A stretch of DNA of 64,000 bases from Antedon mediterranea (Eukaryota; Animalia; Echinodermata): contig NC_092674.1 of assembly GCF_964355755.1 (NCBI RefSeq), forward strand, positions 12,896,001 through 12,960,000, written 5' to 3'. A model generated the notes under the pieces. The model saw only the letters and a program-made list of their open reading frames with translations. It was not told the DNA's origin and searched no databases. The position numbers were made by a program, and so were the translations under genes. Shown one piece after another: positions 27,232 to 41,287 of the stretch (its first letter is position 1; every line of letters begins with the position of its first letter).

Positions 27232-27845
27232 TTGTAGTTGCTATACCGTGTACTACTGTAGCAAAACAAAAAAGAAGTGGTTAACAATGGATAATACAAA
27301 TTGGTTGTAAAATCTTTAATAAAAGGAATGCAAACATGGTGTGTAGAAACAAAATGCTATCAAAATAAACGTTTCATAGTTACCGTATTAATAGTTATTA
27401 TTATTTTAGATACTTGTGGTACAGAACAGATCAACAATGTTCTGTCCTTCAGAAATGGTTTCAGAATGTATATAAATTTAAACCATAGTATAGATGCTGT
27501 AAGAGAAAGAATGACGCTCAAACGGCCGCCACTACGACGATAATGTTTCTATTTAATGTGCGCAATACTCGTATGGACACCACATTTACTGCTGTATGTT
27601 TGATTTCTTATGAACTATTTTTTTTTAAATTTAAATATTATACATTTTTTTAAATGTACATGCATTACATTTGTAATATAAATGCTAGAAATAAATAATT
27701 CTATTCTTCTGATTTATTTGTACAGAAACATAGGAAATGTTCGTTAAGATAAATATCTGGTACTTGTATAGCAACATTTGTAGTAGTAGCTAACAAAAAA
27801 AGTATACCTTTAGATACATGATGTGTTAACATTGTACATTAAACA

Positions 27846-28195
27846 ACAACCCGATACACTAGACTCACGTATAGTTACGTACAACCCGATACACTACACT
27901 CACGTATAGTTACGTACAACCCTATACACTACACTCACGTATAGTTACGTACAACCCGATACACTACACTCACGTATAGTTACGTACAACCCGATACACT
28001 ACACTCACGTATAGTTACGTACAACCCGATACACTACACTCACGTATAGTTACGTACAACCCGATACACTACACTCACGTATAGTTACGTACAACCCGAT
28101 ACACTACACTCACGTATAGTTACGTACAACCCGATACACTACACTCACGTATAGTTACGTACAACCCTATACACTACACTCACGTATAGTTACGT
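27846..28195. repeat. Minisatellite, 10 x 35 bp
   Basis: Unit ACAACCCGATACACTACACTCACGTATAGTTACGT. Copies are nearly identical with no spacers. Confidence 0.97.
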
Positions 28196-28224
28196 ACTTT
28201 TTTAAAGTTACTTTTCAAACTCAC

Positions 28225-28330
28225 CTGATTTGTGCTGAAATATATGTTTCCTCAATCAACAGTTGACTGTTTTTGTACAGAACACCAGACACTATACATT
28301 ATCATTTGTATAAGCGACAACAAGTACATT
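28225..28330 (-). other. Candidate 5'-UTR exon of the ankyrin gene
   Basis: TTTTTAG acceptor and a strong CAG|GTGAGT donor. All three frames contain stops. Confidence 0.35.
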
Positions 28331-28619
28331 CTAAAAAGTTGCTACAACAAGCCGGATTTGTTATTTACTGTTTGCTTTGATCTTATCATAAGGTGATAGG
28401 AGCTACACCGATGTGAATTGCCATTTTAGGTGAGCAAAGTAATACCGAATTAGTTAACGAGGTCGAAGTACAATTCATAAATGTAAACATACATTCCTCA
28501 ACCACTAATTCAAAGAACATGGCTTTTTTTTAAATATAATTATAATTTATCGTGCTTATAAACTAAGTCTAATTTGAGTCTCGGGTCGTGGAGTTGAAAG
28601 AGATGTGAGTTACAACCCT

Positions 28620-29730
28620 GGTACTAGGTCAGGATTAACCAAGCTAAAACTCCATTTCAATTTACATACCGGTAGTTATTTAGGCCTACATATATAGATT
28701 TATAGAGCAAATTCCCTAAAAAAATGAGGTGATAATGAGGTTTTGTTATCACGGCAGTACATGAGGTATAAATTATGAGTTTAAATTGTGACAGTTCTAT
28801 AACGAGACGGAGTCGATTAGTGTAGAAGAAAAGAAGTTAATTTTCTAAATTTGGTATATGGTATATTATTCTAAGGACTGCAAATATTCTCTCGGTTCAA
28901 CTAATATAAAATATTCAATTTTCTTTGTACGATTGCATAAGAGGCATTAAAAAAAAATAATTATTTCATTTATCTTTATAAATATAATTTAATGAATGCA
29001 TGTTTGAAGTGTGGATGCAAAATCAAAAAGAAAACTAAATAGGCTGCTAGTTGTGGTTTGGCTAAAATAGAACAGTGCCTTATCCTAGCTAATCCGCGTA
29101 TGATGTATGATAAGTACTTTTTTTTCTCATCCATACTTATTTCCTTTTTTTATGTTGTGAATACACCTTTAACATTCTCATTTCCATTGTACGCTTTACT
29201 ATGTTGATTTTGACTTGTAGTATGACATAAACATTTTTAATTCGTTTAACATTTATTTTCACATTTTAATAAAATGTTATTGAATATGTATGTATACATG
29301 TATGAGGGATCCCACAAGGTTAGCTTTAGCTACATAGAATAGATTACAATATTACACAAAACATTAATTAAATTATGGCTAAACGTAGGCATAGGTGGTT
29401 AAAAGAATATTAGATTTTTTTTTAAAATTGAATAACAAAATTAAAGAGTTGGTGCCGTTAAGCCAATCATGGTTCAATTTTGTGTTATAGTTATAATCCT
29501 GTAACAAGTATTATTTTTTTTTTTGTAAAATGATAATAAATGTTCTTTGAACAAAAATTTAAATTTATTTAATGATTTGGTACTTTTTCAGAATGTATAA
29601 TATTAGCTCCGCCGTTACAATTTTCCTACCGGGCTTTATACCGTTAGCAGAGGGACGGATATAGATCCATAAGACAAACTAGAACATCCCTATTTTTATC
29701 TACCAACGATAACATGTTTCAGTTGTTGAT
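28620..29730 (+). repeat. Local duplication block X (paralog ~30605-31650)
   Basis: Colinear from ACTAGGTCAGGATT to CGATAACATGTTTCAGTTGTTG, with indels. Confidence 0.85.
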
Positions 29731-30600
29731 TTGAACAAAATAGCTAACAATATCAAAGTACATGTGTATTTATCGCACCTTGAGTCAACAGTCTTCTTAT
29801 TTGTTAAGCGCGTTATCAAGTTCAGTTGAGGTATAGTACTGTATTATTATTATATAACAGTAGCTCCTTTTTACATATGTGAACTTATTAGATAATTGTA
29901 AATTAATAAAAAATATGCACAAAAGGTAGGCATAATAAACATACTTGTCCCAAGTCTGTATCTATTAATTCACCAGTCGATGTTTCAATTTTGTCTGGAA
30001 ATGTTAGCTAAATTATTATGAGTATAAAACGCAACATGTGCCAAAATGATTTATCTTTTTTACTAATATTATTTCGAAACATGGTCTCGTGACTAGCGTG
30101 TGTAAGATATGTTTGGGAGGGAGTGAATTTTAAATGATTGAACCATTGGGACGTTTCTCATAATATTTGGCATACGAGTACATTTCCGTGAATGTAATCA
30201 GTGGATAATCAAATAGAATCAGGTATTTTGAAACCGTGAGACTGAGGTGGTACAGACTTAACCACACCTTCTAATACAAAATGAATAGTGAATCTAGAAA
30301 ATCCCTAAAATCTTATTCTATTTTATTTAATGTAGGTACATGTGGCCAAATGTGCAGTAAGACAGTTTTATCTATCAATACATGCCGCACTACAAAAAAA
30401 AATTAGAAAAATATGATCATTTCTTTTCTTATAACAAATAAAACCATATTAAGAGTACTACTATATATTTTAATTGCGGCATTCCATTTTTGACGTACGT
30501 CGGAGGGCTATACACTTTATGCATACTGACTGACAGCGAAGTAAACAGTATGTGGTACGCATTTGTCTGGCGGTGTCTCTTTGTACGAATCATTCATGGC
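29731..30600 (+). repeat. Local duplication block Y, holding the empty site for element A (paralog 32780-32997 plus 52527-53170)
   Basis: GGTAGGCATAATAAACATACTTGTCCCAAGTCTG is contiguous here but split by 19.5 kb in the paralog. Confidence 0.9.
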
Positions 30601-30604
30601 CCGG

Positions 30605-31650
30605 CACTAGGTCAGGATTGAAACCTGAACCTTGGGATTGGAAGACAAGAACGTTAACCACCAAGCTACAACTCCATTTCTTTTTAAATTTGATGCGTAG
30701 TTATAATATTTCTTTTATTTTTAGACATTATGTAATACATTTTCAATTTACATAATTATTTAGGCCTTCATATATAGATTTATAGAGTAAAATCCCCAAA
30801 AATGGGATGATAATAGGTTTTTTTTATCACGACAGTACAGGAGGTATAAATTATGAGTTTAAATGTTGACAATTTTATAACGAGACGGAGTGGATTAGTA
30901 TAGAAGAAGAAGTCAATCCTCTAAGGACTGCAAATATTCTCTCCGTTCAACTAATATAACATATTCATGTTTTGTTGCATAAGTAAAAGGCATTTAAAAA
31001 ATAATTATTTCATTTATCTTTATAATTATAAATTAATGATCACATGTTTGAAGTGTGGATGCAAAATCTAAAAAGAAATTGAAACTAAATAATATGCTCC
31101 TACATGTGTAAAATAGAACTGTGTCTTATCCTAGCTAATCCGGATGTATGACAAGTATTTTTTTTTCTCATCCATCTTTCCTTTTTTATGTCGTGGGAAT
31201 ACACTTTTAACATTCTCATTTCCATTGTACACTTTAAATATGTTGATTTTGACTTGTAGTATGAAATAAATATTTTTAAGTTGTTTAACATTTGTTTTCC
31301 CATTTTAATAAAATGTTATTAAATATGTATGTATACCTGTATGAGGGGTCCCACAAGGTAAGCTTTAGTTACATAGATTAGATTACAATATTTCATAAAA
31401 CATTAAGCAAATTATGGCTAAAAGTAGGCCTAGATTGTTAAAAGAAGATTGTTTGTTAAGCCAAGCATGGTTCAATGTTGTATTATATAGTTAATATGTG
31501 TACAGAATGTGTAATAATATTAGCTTATCGTTTCAATTTGTTCTACCTGGCTACTTTATACCATTAGCAGAGTGATGAATATAGATTCGTAAGACGAACT
31601 AGAACATCCATATTTTTATCTACGAACGATAACATGTTTCAGTTGTTGTA
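30605..31650 (+). repeat. Local duplication block X' (paralog 28620-29730)
   Basis: Colinear with block X. Confidence 0.85.
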
Positions 31651-33029
31651 CACAGAAGATCAAACACATTGATATCATTATTTGTAATGTGATAAAAAGA
31701 TGACAATTTGTATGGATAATAAATAGTGGCGTGATTTACTGTTTGATTTGATCCATGTCATAAAGCTAATTGGAGCTAAAGACAGATATCAATTTTCTAT
31801 TTAGTTAAAACGAATATCAAGTAGCGGACCCCAAGTAACCCCTAACCTAATGCCATATTTGGACTTCAAGTAGAAATAAGTCAAAGCATATATATTTAAG
31901 GGATTATTTAATGACACTTTTGCCCAAGTGTAATCGGTGCAATATAAAGCGTGATATTCCCAAAGCAGTTATATTCTTCTTGATAAAAAGACAAAATCTA
32001 TTATATTTAACATACACATTAAAATTACAGTACACTAAATACTATACAATATACACTATAGTACACTAGTATACTACAAACTACCAATGCATCTACAGTC
32101 TAATGCAACTGGCCTCTGACGACTGGAAGGACATCTTTACTATAAAGCTTAGACTAGTAGCCAGCTGACATTGGTTGCCGATTTAACCTCCGCTTTACTT
32201 GTGAAACGGATTGTGTCATAAGAGAGGTACTTAAGCCTTCCTTTAGATTCACATTGCAACGTGATGTGGTCGTTTCCATGTTTTTGTGATTCCATTTGTA
32301 ACCTATCCAAATTGATATAAGCCTATCTGATTATAACAATTAATGTAGGTATCCTTAGGAAACAAGGTTTGATGTGAACTTTAATAAAATAATGACGCTC
32401 CTGAGAAATCTATCTATAGAATGAGTTATAAGTTTGTTTTTACAAAGTTCTCTATTTTAATAATTTATGAATAATAATTCACTTCCTTTAATTCTAATAA
32501 GTGCCAAGAACTTTCTATCGGTGTTATATTTGTTAATGGATTATGAGTGAAACACATTTGAAAAACGTAAAATGCATTCCGATTTGACTAGGTGACATAG
32601 GAACATTGATACCTTAATGGTTCTGGTGTATTTTAGTTTTACTAGTATTATAGGTTTTACATTGATAATACCATTTTTATTGTTATTGGAGACCAAGAAT
32701 GTAGGTGTTGGTCATACTTTGGTTTACAATTCACCGTAGAGATATAGACAATAATTGTAACTACAAAATGCGTACGTGCATTTGAACACAATATCTAACA
32801 ATATCAAGGTACATGTGTATTTATCGCACCGCGAGTCAGCAGTCTTCTTATTTGTTAAACGCGTTATCAGGTTCAGTTCAGTTGAGGTATAGTACTGTAT
32901 TATTATTATATAACAGTAGTCCATTTTACATATGTGAACTTATTAGATAATTGTGAATCAATTAAAAATATGCACAACAGGTAGGCATAATAAACATCCC
33001 AGTCAAGACATGATATAAACCACCTATCA

Positions 33030-34084
33030 CTATGATATCAGAAACATCTCACACGACTGATATCGTACATGTGATACAATTAAGATATCAGTCTGATATC
33101 AAAAACTTTTCACACTAATGATATCATACACATGATACAACTCAGATATCAGTCTGATATCAAAAAATTCTCACAGTAATGATATCAAACAATATGATAT
33201 AATTGAGATATCATTCTGATATCACAAACTTATCACACTTTGATGTCATACAATATGGTAAAACTCAGATATCAGTCTGATATAAGAAACTTATCACACT
33301 TTGATGTCATACAATATGTTAAAACTCAGATATCAGTCTGATATAAGAAACTTATCACACTTTGATATCATACAATATGATATAACTAAGATATCAGTCT
33401 GATATCGGCAACTTCTCACACAATGATATCATACAATATGATATAACTAAGATATCAGTCTGATATCGGCAACTTCTTACACAATGATATCATACAATAT
33501 GATATAACTAAGATATCAGTCTGATACCGGCAACTTCTCACACAAATGATATCATACAATATGATATAACTAAGATATCAGTCTGATATCGGCAACTTCT
33601 CACACAATGATATCATACAATATGATATAACTCAGATATCAGTCTGATATCGGCAACTTCTCACACAATTATATCATACAATATGATATAACTAAGATAT
33701 CAGTCTGATATCGGCAACTTCTTAGACAAATGATATCATACAATATGATATAACTTAGATATCAGTCTGATATCGGCAACTTCTTATACAAATGATATCA
33801 TACTTATGATATAACTTAGATATCAGTCTGATATCGGCAACTTCTTACACAATGATATCATACAATATGATATAACTAAAATATCAGTCTGATATCGGCA
33901 ACTTCTCACACTAATGATATCATACAATATGATATAACTTAGATATCACTCTGATATCGGCAACCTCTCACACAATGATATCATACAATATGATATAACT
34001 AAGATATCAGTCTGATATCGGCAACTTCTTACACAATGATATCATACAATATGATATAACTAAGATATCAGTCTGATATCAGCA
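33030..34084. repeat. Left subterminal array of element A, 61-62 bp unit (resumes at 48917-49170)
   Basis: Unit TGATATCATACAATATGATATAACTAAGATATCAGTCTGATATCGGCAACTTCTCACACAA. Confidence 0.95.
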
Positions 34085-34659
34085 CCCAGCTAGCAATTTG
34101 ACATTGGCCCGACGTCGGCAAGCGTCGGCAGACGTCGACAAAGTCGCGGGCAAATTGCCGACGTTATTACAACGTTATTACAACGTGTACTATAAGTCGT
34201 GAATTTAATGGTTGTTAACCTAACTCCCTGCCGACGTCGTATTTACGTTGAAAAATTGACAAAAAAATGTGCCTTGCGATTACATAAATCCAACGTCAGT
34301 TTGACGTCGTTATCATTGGTTGGCACAACGTCTGCAAACGTCAACATATTAAAGTAATTTTGACACGTCGCATCAACGTTGGCAAAACGTTGTAAAGAGT
34401 TGTCAACAATCAAACGTCGTCACAACGTTGACAATTTGCCAATATATGACAACTTATCAAGTCGGCAAATTATTGTTGGTTTAACGTCGCCATTAGTCGT
34501 TGGTTCACCGTTAGCGAATGTCGACACACTAAAGTCATTTTCCTCACGTTGCACCGACATCGGCTAATGGTTGTAAAATTTATGTAGGCATTTTAACGTC
34601 TACCCAACGTTTGAAATTGGATACAAGACTTTAAGCATTTGGGTTGTTTATTTATGTCG

Positions 34660-37110
34660 ATTCAACGTCAAATAAAAGTTGTTAAGCCAACGTCAGCAAT
34701 TGTCAAAAACATTACATTGACTTGTTCCACGTCATACAGACGTTGGCTTATAGTTGTATACGTTAAGTCGGATATCAAACGTCATGCCAACGCTTGAAAT
34801 TGACGCAAAATACTATCATTTATGGTCACTATTCTAGCGTCAGTTTAACGTCAAATAAAAGTTGTTAAGCCAACGTCAGCAATTGTCAAAAATATTACAT
34901 TGACTTGTTCCACGTCATGCAGACGTTGGCTAATAGTTGTATACGTTAAGTCTGATATCAAACGTCGTGCCAACGCTTGAAATTGACGCAAAATACTATC
35001 ATTTATGGTCACTATTCTAGCGTCAGTTTAACGTCAAATAAAAGTTGTTAAGCCAACGTCAGCAATTGTCAAAAATATTACATTGACTTGTTCCACGTCA
35101 TACAGACGTTGGCTTATAGTTGTATACGTTAAGTCTGATATCAAACGTCATACCAACGCTTGAAATTGACGCAAAATACAATCATTTATGGTCACTATTC
35201 TAGCGTCAGTTTAACGTCAAATAAAAGTTGTTAAGCCAACGTCAGCAATTGTCAACAACATTACATTGACTTGTTCCACGTCATGCAGACGTTGGCTAAA
35301 CGTTGTATACGTTAAGTCTGATATCAAACGTCGTGCCAACGCTTGAAATTGACGCAAAATACTAGCATTTATGGTCACTATTCTAGCGTCAGTTTAACGT
35401 CAAATAAAAGTTGTTAAGCCAACGTCAGCAATTGTCAACAACATTACATTGACTTGTTCCACGTCATACAGACGTTGGCTAATAGTTGTATACGTTAAGT
35501 CTGATATCAAACGTCGTGCCAACGCTTGAAATTGACGCAAAATACAATCATTTATGGTCACTATTCTAGCGTCAGTTTAACGTCAAATAAAAGTTGTTAA
35601 GCCAACGTCAGCAATTGTCAACAACATTACATTGACTTGTTCCACGTCATGCAGACGTTGGCTAAAAGTTGTATACGTTAAGTCTGATATCAAACGTCGT
35701 GCCAACGCTTGAAATTGACGCAAAATACTAGCATTTATGGTCACTATTCTAGCGTCAGTTTAACGTCAAATAAAAGTTGTTAAGCCAACGTCAGCAATTG
35801 TCAACAACATTACATTGACTTGTTCCACGTCATACAGACGTTGGCTAATAGTTGTATACGTTAAGTCTGATATCAAACGTCGTGCCAACGCTTGAAATTG
35901 ACGCAAAATACAATCATTTATGGTCACTATTCTAGCGTCAGTTTAACGTCAAATAAAAGTTGTTAAGCCAACGTCAGCAATTGTCAACAACATTACATTG
36001 ACTTGTTCCACGTCATGCAGACGTTGGCTAATAGTTGTATACGTTAAGTCTGATATCAAACGTCGTGCCAACGCTTGAAATTGACGCAAAATACTAGCAT
36101 TTATGGTCACTATTCTAGCGTCAGTTTAACGTCAAATGAAAGTTGTTAAGCCAACGTCAGCAATTGTCAAAAATATTACATTGACTTGTTCCACGTCATG
36201 CAGACGTTGGCTAATAGTTGTATACGTTAAGTCTGATATCAAACGTCATACCAACGCTTGAAATTGACGCAAAATACAATCATTTATGGTCACTATTCTA
36301 GCGTCAGTTTAACGTCAAATAAAAGTTGTTAAGCCAACGTCAGCAATTGTCAACAACATTACATTGACTTGTTCCACGTCATACAGACGTTGGCTAATAG
36401 TTGTATACGTTAAGTCTGATATTAAACGTCGTGCCAACGCTTGAAATTAACGCAAAATACAATCATTTATGGTCACTATTCTAGCGTCAGTTTAACGTCA
36501 AATAAAAGTTGTTAAGCCAACGTCAGCAATTGTCAACAACATTACATTGACTTGTTCCACGTCATGCAGACGTTGGCTAATAGTTGTATACGTTAAGTCT
36601 GATATCAAACGTCGTGCCAACGCTTGAAATTGACGCAAAATACTAGCATTTATGGTCACTATTCTAGCGTCAGTTTAACGTCAAATGAAAGTTGTTAAGC
36701 CAACGTCAGCAATTGTCAAAAATATTACATTGACTTGTTCCACGTCATGCAGACGTTGGCTAATAGTTGTATACGTTAAGTCTGATATCAAACGTCATAC
36801 CAACGCTTGAAATTGACGCAAAATACAATCATTTATGGTCACTATTCTAGCGTCAGTTTAACGTCAAATAAAAGTTGTTAAGCCAACGTCAGCAATTGTC
36901 AACAACATTACATTGACTTGTTCCACGTCATGCAGACGTTGGCTTATAGTTGTATACGTTAAGTCTGATATCAAACGTCGTGCCAACGCTTGAAATTGAC
37001 GCAAAATACAATCATTTATGGTCACTATTCTAGCGTCAGTTTAACGTCAAATAAAAGTTTGTTAAGCCAACGTCAGCAATTGTCAACGACATTACATTGA
37101 CTTGTTTCAC
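34660..37110. repeat. Satellite-like array, 13+ copies of a 183-bp unit (left subterminal region of element B)
   Basis: TCAAATAAAAGTTGTTAAGCCAACGTC recurs at 34668, 34851, 35034 ... 37047. Confidence 0.97.
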
Positions 37111-38499
37111 ATTGACTTTATAGTAACAATTGTATTACTGGTTAAGTCGGATTTTAAACGTCGTACCAACGCTTAAATATTACAAACATATCGTGTTTAT
37201 TCCAAACTTGATAGAGTAACTGATTGACAACTTACTAAATAATACAATACCCCACATAGAAAAGTTGATTCAAACAAAATGCAATATTATGTTTTGATAT
37301 GGATATTAAAGAAAAGTAGGCCTATATTCTTCTTTAGATTGTTTCTAAATATTTTTGAACATTAATTAGGACATCTAACTTTATATATTAAGAGAATGTC
37401 TGTACACTTATCGTTTGAATGCAGCTATTGAAATGGAATGATTGATTTAATGATGGTCATCCTAATTATGGTTCCATTTAAAATAAATGGCGCCCCCATT
37501 CAAGAAACTGAATGTAATCAAAGATCTTATAAAATTAATGAAAATACAAAATCTACAATTTACAAGGAACCAATTATTGGTATTAAAAGATAAATATTGA
37601 AATATGTACTTGGCTATTTTTCTAAACGGAAAAATGCAACCATACCACCATACATCATAAATGCAAAATAAAGAAAAACGATTAAGTTCATTCCACTGAT
37701 AATACGTTTAATTGCATTTTCATTTCAACAGCCTAACATTAAATTTATTTAAAAACATTTGTCAAGATAGATATTGGGAATACACCTCCATTTTTTCGCA
37801 ATATAAGAGAAGCTAATAACGAATTGACAAATGGTCAAACAATAAACGGTCTCAGAAAACGATGTTATAACGTTCATGATCTGTAATGTTCGCTGATATT
37901 ATAAAAACTAAAAAGTAGGCATAGGTTAAGTTTAATTCGTAGTAAGATATATGTGTGTATTATATTATATACTCCAAAGTAACTAAATTCTACAGAGGCT
38001 TCAAATTTAATTTATGTAAAAATAAAAATTGTACATGAATGTTAATGAACTATTTGGGCTTATAAACTTATGTTATGTTATGTTCTAAATTACCGAACGT
38101 AAAACAAAAAATGATGAGATACAAAAATGTGGATAAAGAAAGAAATAATGCGCAAGACATAAAATTAAAATAATACATTATTATGTAAGCAGTGTATAAA
38201 TTGTTGAACAAAGTATTAATATAGTTCATATGTTATATATTATTTGTCTTGTTAAATAAATTTGTAAGGCCCTATACTGTTATTCTTTAAGGAAAGTTGA
38301 TATACCCTATTATTTTATGCCTATTAATAGTATTAATATTGTTTAAGTAAATATTTTGTCTAATTGCCTTGATTTTGTGTATAGGCCAATGGCATCAAAT
38401 TTGTCTCAAAGCAAATTAAAGACACTTTTAGACACATGATTCATTGATTTCTGATATAATATTCTGTACTTGTGTATGCATTACTAAAATAGTTATATT

Positions 38500-39950
38500 A
38501 TGTTTCATTTATAATGTATGTAAACATTTATTCATTTTTTTAAAACAAATCGGTGCACTTTTTCTGTTGTTTTTGTTTAATTAATTTTAATTAAAATTAT
38601 GACAACAATTCCTATCTAACCTAGATTCACACAAAAACAATTACTTCCTAATAAAATTGTATAATGGTATACATTACAGAGCATTGAATAAACTCGAGCG
38701 GAATATTAACGCACATAAAAAAACATTCATTTTCTTGTCGAAAAGTGCCCTCTCTAGTTTTCTATTGATTTAATAATTATTAATAATTAATTAATGGGTA
38801 ATATTAAAATATTTTTAACTTTTAATGTTAGAAGTTGGTTCTACTCCTAACAAAGTTTCATATCTCCAAATTTCAACAAGGTAGACAAAGCACTTCAATA
38901 AATATCACATTTAACATCACAAATTAGGGTTATGGATTGAATTTTTGCTAATAATTTTCGATAAAAAATACTTTTCGTATTTAAAAACATTTGATACTTG
39001 GTGTGAATATTCAATATAAGTTGCTCTATCCATATTGCTAAAGAAAAATAAATATCAAACCATAATTCACTGATTGTTGTGATTTACGTTTTTACAAAAT
39101 TTACACTTATGAACGACCATACAATTCCAACTCATTTTTTCAACCTAATAACGATTTAAAAAAAAAAAACCAACAGAAAAGGGTTATGAAAGCAATTTTG
39201 TTTCTGTGAATAGAGCAACCTATATTGAACATATAAAACGAGTTTCAACTGTTTTTAAATACGAAAAGTATTTTTTATCGACGTTTTTTATATATGTTTT
39301 TAGGCAAAAATTCCTTCAATAACCCTAATTTGTGATGTTAAATATGATATTTATTGAAGTAATTAGACAACGTTGTTGAAATTTGGAGATATGAAATTTT
39401 GTTAGGAGTAGATCCAACTTCCTACATTAAATGTTAAAAACATGTTAACCTTACCCATTAATTAATTATAAATAATTAATAAATCAATAGAAAACTAGAG
39501 AGGGCACTTTTCGATAAGAAAATGATTATGTTTTTTATGTACGTTATTATTCCGCTCGAGTTTATTCAACATACTGTATTGTATACTACAGTAATATACT
39601 ATTTTATTGGAAAGTAAATATTTTTGTGTGAATCTTCTTGGAGTTCTTTGAAAGAGTATCCGCTTATACTTCTTTTCTTCAGATTCAACATCTGATTTAG
39701 GTCTTAAATGTGCACACACACTTCCTGAACCAACATAGTACATTGAAAGTCAAATGAATTGTTTTAACTTTTTTTATTGAAAACAATCTGACTCAAAACA
39801 TATTATCAGTGACAATAATAGAAAGGTTAGATAGGTTTGTTGTAATAATTTTTAATTAAAATTAATTAAACAAAAAACAACAGAAAAGTGCACTTTTTTG
39901 TTTTAAAAAATGTAAAAAAATGAATAAATATTTACTTACATTATAAATGT
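38500..39950. repeat. Diverged long inverted repeat (arms ~38500-39035 and ~39205-39950)
   Basis: For example AAAAGTGCCCTCTCTAGTTTTCTATTGATTT versus AAATCAATAGAAAACTAGAGAGGGCACTTTT. The right arm has a ~200-bp insertion. Confidence 0.85.
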
Positions 39951-41287
39951 AAACATTTCGATAAGAAAATGATTATGTTTTTTATGTACGGTATTATTCC
40001 GCCCGAGTTTATTCAACATACTGTATTATTATACTATTTTATTGGGAATACATTAATTTACACATTCATAGAAATATATGGTTCATACTTTTTTAACATA
40101 AATATTTAGCCATTTACTTTGATCGATACATTTATAATTTATACCGATAATAGTACACCTATTATTGTATAGCATTACCATGTTTTCACCCATATTAATA
40201 ATTCTGCATTTTCAATTCAATAATCAATTTCATTTATTTATTTCAACACACATTTAAATCGGTGATTGACAGCAAAATAAATAAACAACAGGCGCGTATC
40301 TTAATACATGTATACTATTTGTAAATATTATAAACAAAAAACATATATATAGAAAATGAAATGAAGTACATTTAGACCATTTTGAGCATATTTTCACTTA
40401 TTATTAGGCCTATGTCAAAAACCGAAATTGAAAATGATAAAAAAAAAAGCTGAATGAAAAAATATTTAGGCCTACACATGTTGCGGGGATATATTAAAAA
40501 ATGATTTCGTAATTGGTACTTCTCTTTAAAATGTACTAATTTCACTATTTATTTTGTTTGGATTTTGAAATTATTAAATACGAATTATACTACTTTTATC
40601 CATATGTACTGTACGATATTTGTACTAAATCATTTCTCCAAATAAACATTGTGTTTAAAAACTTAAATTGCTCTCTGTTTGCGCTGTATGCAACATTACA
40701 TATACGCATTGGCTCCGGTTGGGGAGGAGGGGGAATTACCAACCTGACGTTTATTACAATATCGGAGCAACAGATACTGTAATGCGTAAGTTCAACAAAA
40801 GATGCGCGTAGGCCTACACAGTGTTTGTGCGAAATGTGTGTTTCATTAAAAATGCGAGACCCGTGACGTGTTAAAACTCTGTGAGCTGATATTATAGTTT
40901 GACAATAGGGAATGGTGTGTGGGGTGCTACAGTCCGCAGTAAATTGGAGGGATACGTGGGACTATGGGCAGTAGCGAATTAAAAGTTCACACCATATTAA
41001 TTCTAAAAATAATTGATGAGATGCTCTTTAGTTTTCGTTTTAGCTATTAATGTATTTCATTCAGCAGAACATTTTATTTAAATTACATTCGTATACCCCT
41101 TCAGTTAAGATACATAAAAAGTGTGTGCGGGTGGCCGTTTCGAAAACGCGGATGTTAAGTTTTGATGGATGTAACTGAACATATTTGGAGGTGCGAAAAA
41201 GTCTCCACGACATTGGCCCATCATGTTTTTTACTTCATTTCCAAATAAACATATAGTGTTTTAAGGATGAATGATAAAATAATTTGA

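Noticed and set aside
27846-28195. 35-bp repeat array as CRISPR
   Set aside because: Units are head-to-tail with no unique spacers, there are no cas genes, and the context is eukaryotic.
32085-32310. GC-richer minus-strand stretch as an additional exon
   Set aside because: The frames I translated contain stops and no recognisable motif.
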